Shown here piece by piece: positions 1 to 9,939 of a stretch of DNA of 64,000 bases. Numbering within the stretch: position 1 is the first letter of the stretch; every line of letters starts with the position of its first letter. The stretch spans positions 64,001 through 128,000 of the forward strand of contig JBEPVF010000002.1 of assembly GCA_041691135.1 (NCBI GenBank). Reading direction: 5' to 3'. The notes under the pieces were generated by a model. The model searched no databases and had not been told where the DNA came from. It saw nothing but the letters and a program-made list of their open reading frames with translations. Both the position numbers and the translations under genes were made by a program. Source of the stretch: Candidatus Peribacteria bacterium (GTDB taxonomy: Bacteria > Patescibacteriota > Gracilibacteria > Peribacterales > Peribacteraceae).

Positions 1-1834
1 ACTGACCCGTTCTCGGCATTCCTCGCGACGTAAAAAAAGTGTCGCGTAACAGTAGCATTCTCCGTGGAGAAATATTTAATTCTCCAGTGACCTCTTCAAA
101 GGTCGGTCTGGTTCCCGTTTCTTCTTCCAACTTATGTTCGGCCATTCGAAAGCGATGTGTCAGATCCTGAAGATATTTAGGAAATCGGATCATTTTCGTT
201 TCATTAGCCATGGCAACTCTGATGCATTGTTTAATCCAATAAGCGGCAAATGTGCTAAATCTTTTTTTTCGAAGGGGATCAAAGCTTTCTACGGCCCGCA
301 GAAGACCGTTCTGACCTTCCGCTATAAGATCCGGCAATGGCAGTCCGGATCTTAGAAATTGCCTGGCGATACTGACGACCAGACGAAGGTTCGCACAGAC
401 TAAGTGGTCACGCGCTTGCTTCCCTTGGCCGATAGTTTTGATAAGCCCATCTTCATACGGCGGTAAGTCAGTACATGACATCAAGCAATCAAGGCCCTGC
501 TGAAGTAGCCTTAACTGAAGAGACAACTTTTCTTCTCGTTCCACAGTCGTAGCGGCCGTTGAAATGGCACGAGCCATGCGTAATTTTTTATACCTCCTCA
601 AAAGAGAAGCAAATTCAGTAGGCGGTACTTTACGATCTCCATCGAGTATAATCAGTAATTTTTCAAAATTATCTGGTCGCTCTTCAATAAAGGCTGCTAA
701 ATCCTCCTCCGCTTCATCGCCTCCTTGGATCATATAGGCGAGATCGATTTCTTCTTGGGGCGTCAGCAAATCGACTCCATTGATCTCTGAATAGTACATA
801 GCATTTGCACTCATCATGCCCTTATCAGACGCAGAACGACCTCGGGATGCCGTCACCTGGCCATTTGTTTCGTCTGCTACTTTAGCGGGAAATTTCCCTC
901 CATTTAAATTTTCTGGCTTATGGTTTTTACCGTTGTGGGAAGATCCGTTCCTTGTGCCGTTCACCGCATCGTCGGCAAGAATTTGATACAGCTTGGCCAA
1001 TGTCACTCCGGTTCGATGCGCGATCTTCTCCAATGTTTCTCGGCGTCCATCCAAACATATATTCAGTGAAGTATACAATTTTTTCCGCGCCGTCCTCTGT
1101 ACCTTGGACGATGTGGGATCGGCCAGAAATTCGGACATCTGAGGAAGGGTTTTGTACTGTGCAAATTTGCTCTGGGCTTCATCCAGACGACTGCGAATGA
1201 CTGTCTCCGCATGAGCCGTAAAATACCCGTCCTGATACGTATCCATCGCCAACGACAAAGCATCTTCTATTTCAGTCCGCACAACCGACTGAGGCAGGTC
1301 TGCGCCCGCGTATTCGAGCCGGAGATTTTCGACAAGCTCCGTGCAAAGATTTTGCAGTTGTACTCTTGCACGCAAACCGAAGCTCAACATATGTTCCTTG
1401 GTTACCATCGAGTCCCGCAATGTGGGCGTCGCTATGTTTTTGGCAAGCGGTATCAACGTGTCGGGAGTCATCTGAGCCGCAAACAGCAACGGTAAAATAC
1501 TTGGCATTTCGGCCGTAGTCGCCGTCTGCAATTGCTCGCGTATTTCATGTTCTTTTTCAGACAATTGCAAAACAGTCCGTATCCCCGAGCGAACAGTCGT
1601 TGGACGCGCAGGCGCGATACCCAGTGCTATCAATCTTTCGTCGGAAAGAGCGGTCACGCACGCTGCCAACCCTTCCAATTGCGCTTGTACCTGGGGATTG
1701 TCTGTATTGCCGAGCAGAACAGTTTGCACTGTCGTTAACAGCGAAGCGCGATGATCACGAGACGCGGACAACCACGAAACCAACGTGTGATTGTCCACCG
1801 AGTCTGCCGCGGACTGAGGTTCGTTTATTGGCAT
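1..1834 (-). CDS. Sigma-70 family RNA polymerase sigma factor with ~340-aa N-terminal extension (3' end runs off the window; missing from ORF track)
   Basis: Manual translation from ATG 1834 is open to base 2: MPINEPQ...YYSEINGVDLLTPQEEIDLA (region 1.2)...ARDHLVCANLRLVVSIARQF...DLIAEGQNGLLRAVESFDP..RFSTFAAYWIKQCI (region 2)...RPTFEEV (region 3). Confidence 0.9.
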   Translation of the reverse strand, partial: MPINEPQSAADSVDNHTLVSWLSASRDHRASLLTTVQTVLLGNTDNPQVQAQLEGLAACVTALSDERLIALGIAPARPTTVRSGIRTVLQLSEKEHEIREQLQTATTAEMPSILPLLFAAQMTPDTLIPLAKNIATPTLRDSMVTKEHMLSFGLRARVQLQNLCTELVENLRLEYAGADLPQSVVRTEIEDALSLAMDTYQDGYFTAHAETVIRSRLDEAQSKFAQYKTLPQMSEFLADPTSSKVQRTARKKLYTSLNICLDGRRETLEKIAHRTGVTLAKLYQILADDAVNGTRNGSSHNGKNHKPENLNGGKFPAKVADETNGQVTASRGRSASDKGMMSANAMYYSEINGVDLLTPQEEIDLAYMIQGGDEAEEDLAAFIEERPDNFEKLLIILDGDRKVPPTEFASLLRRYKKLRMARAISTAATTVEREEKLSLQLRLLQQGLDCLMSCTDLPPYEDGLIKTIGQGKQARDHLVCANLRLVVSIARQFLRSGLPLPDLIAEGQNGLLRAVESFDPLRKKRFSTFAAYWIKQCIRVAMANETKMIRFPKYLQDLTHRFRMAEHKLEEETGTRPTFEEVTGELNISPRRMLLLRDTFFTSRGMPRTGQ

Positions 1835-1954
1835 ACATTAAACGGTGCTGCAATGTACATCCTTCAATTTGTTTTGCAATTAAATGCATTTCTGTCCAAG
1901 TTCAGACTTGTATCTCTGCGGAGAAAATCAATCGCTAGCTACTGAATACTAAAC

Positions 1955-1985
1955 GCGGGGTCTGCCAGATGACAGACCCCTGCGT
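1955..1985 (-). terminator. Hairpin downstream of STAS gene, possible terminator
   Basis: GGGGTCTG-N8-CAGACCCC inverted repeat, followed on the minus strand by TTTAGTATT. Confidence 0.5.
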
Positions 1986-2016
1986 GAGATACCTCCTTTC
2001 TTAGGACGGTCTTCCT

Positions 2017-2376
2017 TCAGATGGTCAGGAACAAATCGAGGGCTTGCATTTCGGTGTCGCAGACATTCACGACACCATCGAAGCCACTGATCCGGAGTGC
2101 ATGGCGGAGATCAGAATCAGCTCCGATCACTGGCAGAGTTTGCCCCATCTCAACGAGCCTGTTTCTGAGGCCCAAAAATCGGGGCAGAGCCAACGATGAC
2201 AAGACTGTCACGCCATGCAGGTCGAGGACGATCTTGTCATGGCCCTGATCGACCAGGTCAAACAGCTCGTCACAAACCTGAGTGACAACCCCAGCATCCT
2301 CAATTCTGGCGTCCGCGAAGGTCACAAACGCCACCCCTCGTTCTTTCCTCAGTTTCAATCTGCTTGAGCCGCTCAA
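2017..2376 (-). CDS. STAS-domain protein (anti-sigma factor antagonist)
   Basis: KIVLDLHGVTVLSSLAL and LRISGFDGVV pattern; GGAGGT SD before TTG; TTGACA at 2442-2447. Confidence 0.85.
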   Translation of the reverse strand: MSGSSRLKLRKERGVAFVTFADARIEDAGVVTQVCDELFDLVDQGHDKIVLDLHGVTVLSSLALPRFLGLRNRLVEMGQTLPVIGADSDLRHALRISGFDGVVNVCDTEMQALDLFLTI

Positions 2377-2515
2377 GTTAGTACCTCCCAGTTGAAGACA
2401 AGGATCTCACGCTTTTTATATATTGATTCATATTTTAAAATTGTCAAATTTATGACGCATTCTTTCCCCAACAACCTTCCTATCCAAAGCGGGCAACTGC
2501 TTCTAGTATCTGCCT

Positions 2516-2938
2516 ATGGAAGAATCCGCCACGTATCGTCCTCCGGTGCACCAAAAAGTACGGCGCCGTTTTTATGTTTCCTTGATCCTGGGTCTCATCA
2601 TGCTGATGATTGCGCTCTACGATTCCGGAACGCATGACATGCCGGTGTGGCAGGTCCTCGCCTAGATCCTGGGCGGGACGATTATCGGCGCGCTGTTCGG
2701 CAAGCTGACCAAAGTGCGATGGGATACAGACAAAGAACTGATCATTTTTCAGGAGAGACAGGGCATCATCATGCTTCTGTATGTCGTCATCCGTGTGATC
2801 GGCGAACTGGTGATACATCGGACAATGGGCTCGGCCATTTACTTCATCGATATTATCCTTCTGTTTGCCGCCGGGTCGCAGATCGGTCGTTCGATCGGCA
2901 TCGCACGAAATGTGCGGGAACATATCCGCAATTCCTGA
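2516..2938 (+). pseudogene. Small multi-TM membrane protein interrupted by one in-frame TAG (2663-2665)
   Basis: MEESATYRP...WQVLA*ILGGTIIGALFGKLTKVRWD...; frame continues to TGA at 2938 with hydrophobic segments on both sides of the stop. Confidence 0.7.
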
Positions 2939-2977
2939 AGAAAGCCCTGATTTGAGATATATGCGCGATAAGACTAT

Positions 2978-3006
2978 TTGACATACGAAATGTTAGAGGT
3001 TATCAT
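2978..3006 (+). promoter_or_regulatory. Sigma-70 promoter of the marR-emrAB-like operon
   Basis: TTGACA-17 nt-TATCAT; an imperfect GACAT..ATGTT dyad overlaps the -35/spacer (possible MarR site). Confidence 0.6.
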
Positions 3007-3036
3007 CCTTCTCCTTATTTCGTCTATCGAACAGTC

Positions 3037-3453
3037 ATGACCAATCGCGACTCGGACATTGCCGGCATGATGCTCGAACTGAGCCGTCTGATCCGGCGCA
3101 AACACGCGCAGAGCAAAGGCGTGAATTTCCTGCGATCACATGCATTGTGCTTCATCACCGATCACGGCAGCGTCACGTTGACCGAGTTCTCGAAAGGAAT
3201 GAACATCTCGCCGTCTACGGCAAGCGTCTTTATCGGCCGGCTGGAAAAACTGAAGCTGGTCGTGCGCACCAAGAATCCCGCGAACAAGCGGCAAGTGCAC
3301 ATCAACTTATCAGCCATGGGAAAGAAAGCCGTCAAAGACACCGACCGCCGCAAGCAGAAAATCCTGGCCGATCTTTTTTCGGTCCTGTCGGACAAAGACC
3401 GCAACGATCTCAACAAAATACTCAGCACTATCCTCCTCTCCCACAACTCCTAA
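3037..3453 (+). CDS. MarR family transcriptional regulator
   Basis: wHTH pattern ISPSTASVFIGRLEKLKLVVRTKNPANKRQVHINLS. Confidence 0.9.
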   Translation: MTNRDSDIAGMMLELSRLIRRKHAQSKGVNFLRSHALCFITDHGSVTLTEFSKGMNISPSTASVFIGRLEKLKLVVRTKNPANKRQVHINLSAMGKKAVKDTDRRKQKILADLFSVLSDKDRNDLNKILSTILLSHNS

Positions 3454-3456
3454 CCT

Positions 3457-4110
3457 ATGGAAAAAAATACGACCGCACCGGCTCCCGTCCCCGCTCGGGC
3501 ATCGCGCAACAAGCAAATCATTCTGACTATTCTGGCGGTACTCGGCATCGTCGCCCTCGTCGGCGGAACGATGTACTGGCTGAACGGACGCAAATACGTC
3601 AGCACGGACAAAGCCCAAATCTCGGCTCCGCTGATCCAGCTGGCGCCGCGGACTCCGGGCGTACTCATGCATATTTCGGTAAAAGAGGGCGACGCGCTGT
3701 ATCCGGGCGAGTCGGTGGCCAGAGTGGGCGGCGAGATTCTGTCGTCGCAGATCTCGGGCATCGCCGTGATGGTGAAGAACGATATCGGCGCGCAGTATTC
3801 ACCCAGTTCGCCGGTCGTCACGATGATCGATCCGAATGCACTGCAGGTGGTGGCGCGGATCGAGGAAGACAAAGGACTGAAAGACATCTACGTCGGACAG
3901 CGCGTGATCTTTACCGTCGATGCGTTCGGTTCGCAAAAGTTCGAAGGTACCGTCGCCTCGGTCAGCATGACCAGCCACGAGGGCGATGTGGTCTTCAATA
4001 TTTCTGACAAGCGCGAGCTGCAGCAGTTCGATGTCAAAATCGATTACGATCATGCGAAGTACAAGGAATTGCAGAACGGCATGTCCGCCAAAGTATGGAT
4101 CGTCAAATGA
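3457..4110 (+). CDS. HlyD/EmrA-like efflux membrane fusion protein (short form lacking a long helical hairpin)
   Basis: N-terminal TM, YVSTDKAQI, VKEGD lipoyl-like motif, GQRVIFTVDAF, LQNGMSAKVWI. Confidence 0.85.
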   Translation: MEKNTTAPAPVPARASRNKQIILTILAVLGIVALVGGTMYWLNGRKYVSTDKAQISAPLIQLAPRTPGVLMHISVKEGDALYPGESVARVGGEILSSQISGIAVMVKNDIGAQYSPSSPVVTMIDPNALQVVARIEEDKGLKDIYVGQRVIFTVDAFGSQKFEGTVASVSMTSHEGDVVFNISDKRELQQFDVKIDYDHAKYKELQNGMSAKVWIVK

Positions 4111-5600
4111 ACGCGCCGGCTCCGGCACGGCAGGGGCCGAGCAATTGGATGGTGCTGCTGACAGTGATCATCGGTACCTTTTTGGGACGTCTGGATCAGA
4201 CGATCGTCAACCTGGCTCTGCCAAAGATGATCGATGACTTTCATATAACAGTCACCTCAGCCGGCTGGATCGCGACGGCATACATTCTGGCCAACGCCGT
4301 GTTCGTGCCGGTGTGGGGAAAACTGGGCGACACCATCGGCCGCAAAAAAGTGTACATCGCCGGCTTCGCGCTGTTCATCGTCGGATCGGTGCTGGCAGGT
4401 CTGGCTTGGAATCTTCCATCGATGATCCTATTCCGTGTGATCCAGGCGGTTGCCGGATCGGCCGATTACCCGACGGCGATGGCGATTCTGGCCACCACGT
4501 TCCGCGAAGAAAAACCTCGTGCACAGGCACTCGGCATCTGGTCGGCATCATTCGCCGCGGCAGCCGTGTTCGGCCCGCTCATCGGCGGACCGCTGATCGA
4601 TGGATTCGGCTGGCGCGCCGTGTTCATGGTCAATCTTCCGGTGGGACTGGTGGGACTGCTGATGGCGCTGCACTACATCCAGGAATCGGTCTCCGAAAAA
4701 AGGACGCACAAGTTCGACGTGTTCGGCGCGTTCGCACTGGGCGTCGCGCTGTCGGCGATCGTGCTGGTGCTCGACAAAGGCATCGATTGGGGATGGACAT
4801 CGGGGCAGAGCATGACGGCCTACGCGGTCGCCATCATCGCCGGAGTGCTTTTCTACTGGCAGGAGAAGCGGCATCCCGAACCAGTGGTGGATCTGCGCTT
4901 TTTCCGCAACAACATTCTGGTCCAGACGGTCGCCAACAACTTCATCGTCTTCATGGGCATGATGGGGAGCGTCTTCCTGATTCCCGTCTTCGCGCAGACA
5001 TTTCTCGGCATGGATGCGACGCAGTCCGGACTGCTGTTCGTACCGATGGCTTTCTCGCTCATGCTCGGTGCACCGATCGGCGGACGGCTGACTGGCAAAG
5101 TGCAACCCAGGTATGTCATTTTCGTAAGCACGCTGATTGCCGGTATCGCGTTATACTTTTTCACGCGCGTCGATGCGCGATCAACATCCATCGACATCAT
5201 GCTGCCGCTCTCGTTCATGGCATTCGGCATCGGACTCGGCATGGCGCAACGCACGAACGTGGTTGCGGCGGCCGTCCCGGCCAGCGAAATAGGCATCGCC
5301 TCCTCGATCCTCGCCTTGGCGCGCAACATCGCCGGCGCATTCGGCGTCGCGATCTCGGCGACGTTGCTCAAGAACGTAACCGAGGGCAATGTGCTCCGCA
5401 TCACCAAATTGAGCACCCTGCACAGTACGCTTCCCGCCGACTACGCCAAATTCGTAGCACTCATTGGACTCAAGGCGCAGATCGATGCGTACGGCACAGT
5501 GTTTTTCATTTCATCCGTCCTCATCACCATCGGCGCATTCCTGATTCTGTTCATGCCGAATGTGAAACTGGATCCGAAGGTAACGGTGCACGTGGAATAA
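4107..5600 (+). CDS. DHA2 (EmrB/QacA) MFS efflux transporter
   Basis: LDQTIVNLALP, GKLGDTIGRK, FGPLIGG, WRAVFMVNLPVG; ATGA overlap with the upstream gene. Confidence 0.93.
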   Translation: MNAPAPARQGPSNWMVLLTVIIGTFLGRLDQTIVNLALPKMIDDFHITVTSAGWIATAYILANAVFVPVWGKLGDTIGRKKVYIAGFALFIVGSVLAGLAWNLPSMILFRVIQAVAGSADYPTAMAILATTFREEKPRAQALGIWSASFAAAAVFGPLIGGPLIDGFGWRAVFMVNLPVGLVGLLMALHYIQESVSEKRTHKFDVFGAFALGVALSAIVLVLDKGIDWGWTSGQSMTAYAVAIIAGVLFYWQEKRHPEPVVDLRFFRNNILVQTVANNFIVFMGMMGSVFLIPVFAQTFLGMDATQSGLLFVPMAFSLMLGAPIGGRLTGKVQPRYVIFVSTLIAGIALYFFTRVDARSTSIDIMLPLSFMAFGIGLGMAQRTNVVAAAVPASEIGIASSILALARNIAGAFGVAISATLLKNVTEGNVLRITKLSTLHSTLPADYAKFVALIGLKAQIDAYGTVFFISSVLITIGAFLILFMPNVKLDPKVTVHVE

Positions 5601-5678
5601 AAATGGTTTGGAAAAATATGTATAAATAGAGGCTCTCTTCCTTTATCAATTACGGAATAAAGGTTACACTCTCACCCT

Positions 5679-6575
5679 ATGCAAAAAATCACCCCATTCC
5701 TGTGGTTCGATACCGAAGCCGAAGAGGCCATGAACTTTTACCTGTCCGTGTTCAAGAATGCCAAAGCCAAAGGTTTATCACACTATGGCGAGGGCAGCCC
5801 CGGACCCAAGGGTTCGGTGATGACGGCAACATTTGAGATCGAAGGCGTCGAACTGACCGCACTCAACGGCGGTCCTATACAGGACGGGTTCACACCGTCT
5901 ATTTCGTTCTTCGTGAACTGCGAAACGGCGGAAGAAGTCGATGCCCTGTGGGCACGCTTGTCTGAGGGCGGCACACCGCTGATGGAAGTGGGCGAGTATC
6001 CGTTCAGCAAACGATACGGTTGGATCAAAGATAAATTCGACGTGTCGTGGCAGCTGATGATCGGTACTCAATCGCAACCGGGACGCAAGATCGTTCCGTG
6101 TCTGCTGTTCACCGATGCCAAATACGGCTGGGCCGAATCGGCGATCAATCACTACACCTCTATTTTCCCGGATTCATCCGTCACGTTCGTGCACAAAGCC
6201 GGACCGGGCGGACCGGATAAAGAGGGAGCCGTGCAGTTCTCCACCTTCAAGCTCTTCGGCGAAACATTCTCGGCCATGGACGGCTCGGGCACACATAACT
6301 TCAGCTTCACGATGGCTCTGTCGTTTATGGTCAGCTGCGATTCGCAGGAGGAAGTCGACAAGTATTGGGATGCACTGACTGCTGATGGCGGCAAAGAAGT
6401 ACAATGCGGCTGGCTGACCGACAAGTTCGGCGTGTCGTGGCAGATCGTTCCCAAAGTATTGATGAAATTAATAAACGATCCGGATCCCGCCAAAGCAAAA
6501 CGCGCGATGCAGGCTATGCTGCAGATGAAGAAGATCGATATCGCCGGATTGCAGAAGGCATACGACGCACAATAA
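5679..6575 (+). CDS. VOC/PhnB (3-demethylubiquinone-9 3-methyltransferase-like) two-domain protein
   Basis: MQKITPFLWFD start, two DKFxVSWQ motifs, CGWLTDKFG, MKKIDIAGL end. Confidence 0.92.
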   Translation: MQKITPFLWFDTEAEEAMNFYLSVFKNAKAKGLSHYGEGSPGPKGSVMTATFEIEGVELTALNGGPIQDGFTPSISFFVNCETAEEVDALWARLSEGGTPLMEVGEYPFSKRYGWIKDKFDVSWQLMIGTQSQPGRKIVPCLLFTDAKYGWAESAINHYTSIFPDSSVTFVHKAGPGGPDKEGAVQFSTFKLFGETFSAMDGSGTHNFSFTMALSFMVSCDSQEEVDKYWDALTADGGKEVQCGWLTDKFGVSWQIVPKVLMKLINDPDPAKAKRAMQAMLQMKKIDIAGLQKAYDAQ

Positions 6576-6585
6576 CCGCTTGTCT

Positions 6586-7290
6586 ATGCCAAAACTCTTC
6601 GCGGACAACACCGCAGACATCGATGCCCCCGCTTCGCTCGTGTGGGACGTGCTGACGAAGAACGACTATGGCAACCGCTGGGCGTTCGACTTCGCACAGC
6701 TGCACATCGAATCCGATTGGGAATTCGGCAGCCTGGTTCTGTGGAAGAAAGACGATGGCACTGTGGCCGTGGAAGGAAAAGTAATCGCACTCGAGCCGCA
6801 GAAGCTTCTGCGGTTTACAGTGATCGATACCAGCAATCCTCAGCGTGAACTGGCAAGAAGCAACGATGATGGCATCACCTTCGAACTCTCGGAACAAAAT
6901 GGCATGACGACGCTCCATGTGCTTCATGGTGATTTTTCCGTACTCGAAGACGCCGAGCAAGCGCTGCAGGGAACAATGGAAAGCTGGGGCAAAGTATTGC
7001 CGCAGATCAAGGCACTGACCGAATGGATACTCAAGCTTGAACAGGAAGGATTCACCGACCTGCGCGTGTGTCCGATTCCGCCGAACAAAGATCTGCCGGA
7101 GCACACGCATGATGATCATACGGTTCATGTGGTCCTCGACGGCAAACTGATCATCACCGACCATGGCAATACAGAAACATTCCAGCCGGGTGACCGTGTG
7201 GACTTTCCCGCCGGCACGACGCACAAGGCGCGGGGCAGCATCGACTTCGGCAAGATGATCATCGGCATCAAAGCGACATCGCAGACATAA
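6586..7290 (+). CDS. SRPBCC/AHSA1 domain fused to a cupin domain
   Basis: IDAPASLVWDVLT...W helix of SRPBCC; EHTHDDHTVHVVLDG...PGDRVDFPAGTTH of cupin. Confidence 0.8.
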   Translation: MPKLFADNTADIDAPASLVWDVLTKNDYGNRWAFDFAQLHIESDWEFGSLVLWKKDDGTVAVEGKVIALEPQKLLRFTVIDTSNPQRELARSNDDGITFELSEQNGMTTLHVLHGDFSVLEDAEQALQGTMESWGKVLPQIKALTEWILKLEQEGFTDLRVCPIPPNKDLPEHTHDDHTVHVVLDGKLIITDHGNTETFQPGDRVDFPAGTTHKARGSIDFGKMIIGIKATSQT

Positions 7291-7354
7291 CTTTCAAGAA
7301 GAGTGAGCGTGCGTTCTGGCAAGAAATCACTCCGATCTCTATGCTTTGCTTTAT

Positions 7355-9046
7355 ATGTTGCGCCTGGATGCCTGGAAACAGCGTCGATGGCCTGCGGATT
7401 TTTCCAAAAAAGCCGCAGTAGTCACTTTTTTTGTGCTATTTTTCGTCATTGGGCTGCGATCATTCGGCGACTACGGCATACCGTATGACGAAGGCACGAT
7501 GATGCAGCTCGGCCGGGAATCCTACGCATACGCTTTTGAACATCGACCCTATCCCGAAGATACTCATATTCGATTCCATGGCACGGCGGTGGAACTTCCG
7601 CTCTACGCGCTGACGCAAGTAGTGGGACCGCTTGATAATATACAGATCGCCTATCTGCGCCGGTTCGCCGTCTTCTGTTTCTTCTTTCTCGGTGTCCTCA
7701 GTTTCTTTTTCGTCGCACAACGAATCATTGGTGATTGGAGGATGGCATTGATCGGCTGTGCGTTCTTCGTGCTGAGTCCCCGGGTATTCGCCCATGGCTT
7801 CTACAACTCACGGGACATTCCGACGCTGGCGCTCTTCACATTGGCCATACTCACGCTTTTAAGACTCGTCGAAAAACCCTCCGCGCAGAGGTCGGTGATA
7901 CATGGGATCGTCTGCGGATTGGTAATCGGCATTCGCATGCCCGCACTGTTTCTGATTCCACTGACACTGTTTATTCTCGCGCTGGAAGTTATCAGACAAC
8001 GCCCGTTCTTGCGTTCGCTACAATCCGTCGCTCTGTGCATTGGCATTTTCTTGCTATCGCTCTTCGCCACAACATACGCCATGTGGCCGCTGCTCTGGGA
8101 ACATCCGGTGATGCATTTTTTGGATGCCTATAGATTCATGAGCTCCATCGAATCGCCCGTCATGTTTTTGGGCCGGGTGTATCAGGCTCTTCCCTGGTTC
8201 TACATCCCGCTCTGGATTCTGTTCACCACACCTTGGCTGTATTCGCTGCTCTTCTTGCTGGGATGTTCAGTGTTTATTGTCCGCATCGTCAGGGGACAAC
8301 TGCATCCGTTGAGCATGCGTGTATACCCGATACTATTGCCGTTCCTTTGGTTCTTCATTCCGCCTGTCTTTCTCATACTCAGTCACGCCGGCATCTACCA
8401 GGAATGGCGGCACATTCTTTTCCTGTATCCCGGTTTTCTGCTCATTGCGCTGATGGGATTGGATTTTCTGACGCGCATGATCGGCCAAGTACGTAGCACT
8501 CGGGCAATGCACCGCCTTGTTCTGGCCGGCTGCCTTTTTATATTCGTGCCACTGGCATCGACTGCCGCCTGGATGTTCAGAAATCACCCCTACGAGAATG
8601 TGTACTACGCCGTCCCACGCGAGTGGATTTCGACCAAGCTCGATCTGGATTACTGGGGACTTTCGCTGCGACAAGCCATGCAGTACGTCGTGGAACATGA
8701 TTCGCGACCGTTCATTACATTCTATTCGCCGCACAATCTGACGGCCATGGACGCCTACGTTTTTTTCCAAACAAACCTGTCGATGCGTGTCGTGCATGTG
8801 ACGAGCCCGCAACTAGCCGACTACGTGATAGAGCTGCACCAACCCACCGTCCCATCGGCATTTTCCGGCTACGAAGAAGTTCATTCGATTACGGTGGATG
8901 GTATGAAACTGGTCAGCGTGTACGAAGGCAACAGCAAAGCTCGTGCCTTCATGGACACATTGCGCAGCGCCAAAGCGGAGGATCGGCTGCGGTTGCTTCT
9001 ATCGGCTGGTAAAAAATTAGACTCAGCCGCCTATTCCTCGCTATAA
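7355..9046 (+). CDS. GT-C fold membrane glycosyltransferase (PMT/ArnT-like)
   Basis: DYGIPYDE loop, LSPRVFAHGFYNSRD, many TM helices, DYWGLS. Confidence 0.8.
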   Translation: MLRLDAWKQRRWPADFSKKAAVVTFFVLFFVIGLRSFGDYGIPYDEGTMMQLGRESYAYAFEHRPYPEDTHIRFHGTAVELPLYALTQVVGPLDNIQIAYLRRFAVFCFFFLGVLSFFFVAQRIIGDWRMALIGCAFFVLSPRVFAHGFYNSRDIPTLALFTLAILTLLRLVEKPSAQRSVIHGIVCGLVIGIRMPALFLIPLTLFILALEVIRQRPFLRSLQSVALCIGIFLLSLFATTYAMWPLLWEHPVMHFLDAYRFMSSIESPVMFLGRVYQALPWFYIPLWILFTTPWLYSLLFLLGCSVFIVRIVRGQLHPLSMRVYPILLPFLWFFIPPVFLILSHAGIYQEWRHILFLYPGFLLIALMGLDFLTRMIGQVRSTRAMHRLVLAGCLFIFVPLASTAAWMFRNHPYENVYYAVPREWISTKLDLDYWGLSLRQAMQYVVEHDSRPFITFYSPHNLTAMDAYVFFQTNLSMRVVHVTSPQLADYVIELHQPTVPSAFSGYEEVHSITVDGMKLVSVYEGNSKARAFMDTLRSAKAEDRLRLLLSAGKKLDSAAYSSL

Positions 9047-9130
9047 AAACTCCGCTCGTACCAGACAGATTGTTCACATTATTTGATCAATTATTCTCGC
9101 TTCGATACGGGCTCTGCTACGCTGGCCGGC

Positions 9131-9835
9131 ATGCGCACATTTAAGTACTACGATTTCATGATGGCCGCTTTCGTGACGGTCCTACTCATCAGCAACCTCG
9201 CATCATCCGCGAAGATCGTGGACTGGGGCGTGTCGCTCTACGGTCTGCGCCTGAGCTTCGACGCGGGCACATTGATGTTCCCGCTAAGTTACATCTTCAG
9301 CGATGTGCTTACCGAAGTGTATGGCTACGGACGCGACCGGCGCATCATCTGGACCGGCTTCGCTGCATCCATCGCAATGAGCCTGTGCTTCCTGGCCATC
9401 CAACATTTGCCCGGCGAATCCGAGTGGCAGAAATACGCAGGAGACGGAGCATACGCAGCGATCCTCGGTGGCGTGAGCAGTGGCGGGATCATTATCGCCA
9501 GCATCACGGCCTACTTACTCGGCGAATTCACCAACTCCTATATTCTGGCGAAGATGAAAATCTGGACGGCTGGACGGCACCTGTGGACACGCACCATCGG
9601 TTCCACTCTGATCGGCGAAGGTTTGGACACGCTGACCTTCGTGATCATCGCCTGTGCCTTCGGTGTGTTCCCATGGTCGATTGCAGCCAGCCTCATCGTC
9701 GCCAATTATATTTTCAAAGTGGGAATCGAAGTGCTGTTCACACCGGTGACGTATGCTGTTGTGGGTTTCCTCAAGCGTACCGAAAATGAGGACTACTACG
9801 ACCGCGATACGAACTTCAATCCGTTTCGGGTGTAG
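9131..9835 (+). CDS. yhhQ: Queuosine precursor transporter (VUT/YhhQ family)
   Basis: FPLSYIFSDVLTEVYGY, RTIGSTLIGEGLD, DRDTNFNPF. Confidence 0.9.
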   Translation: MRTFKYYDFMMAAFVTVLLISNLASSAKIVDWGVSLYGLRLSFDAGTLMFPLSYIFSDVLTEVYGYGRDRRIIWTGFAASIAMSLCFLAIQHLPGESEWQKYAGDGAYAAILGGVSSGGIIIASITAYLLGEFTNSYILAKMKIWTAGRHLWTRTIGSTLIGEGLDTLTFVIIACAFGVFPWSIAASLIVANYIFKVGIEVLFTPVTYAVVGFLKRTENEDYYDRDTNFNPFRV

Positions 9836-9939
9836 GGAGTTGATATGTTAGCTGTAGCTGGTGGATGATTTGCGAAGACTTGGATGGATAGAACCTAGCA
9901 ATTCTATTCACCACTGGCAAAGGGATATTCGATGCGTTT

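Noticed and set aside
134-1945. Plus-strand short ORFs at the window start
   Set aside because: They lie antisense to the continuous sigma-factor frame
2663-2665. Stop-codon reassignment (code 25 or amber recoding)
   Set aside because: TGA and TAG terminate conserved genes here (uvrA, ileS, ribBA), and no other readthrough cases were seen
9047-9130. preQ1 riboswitch before yhhQ
   Set aside because: No preQ1 stem-loop with A-rich tail; the gene looks leaderless
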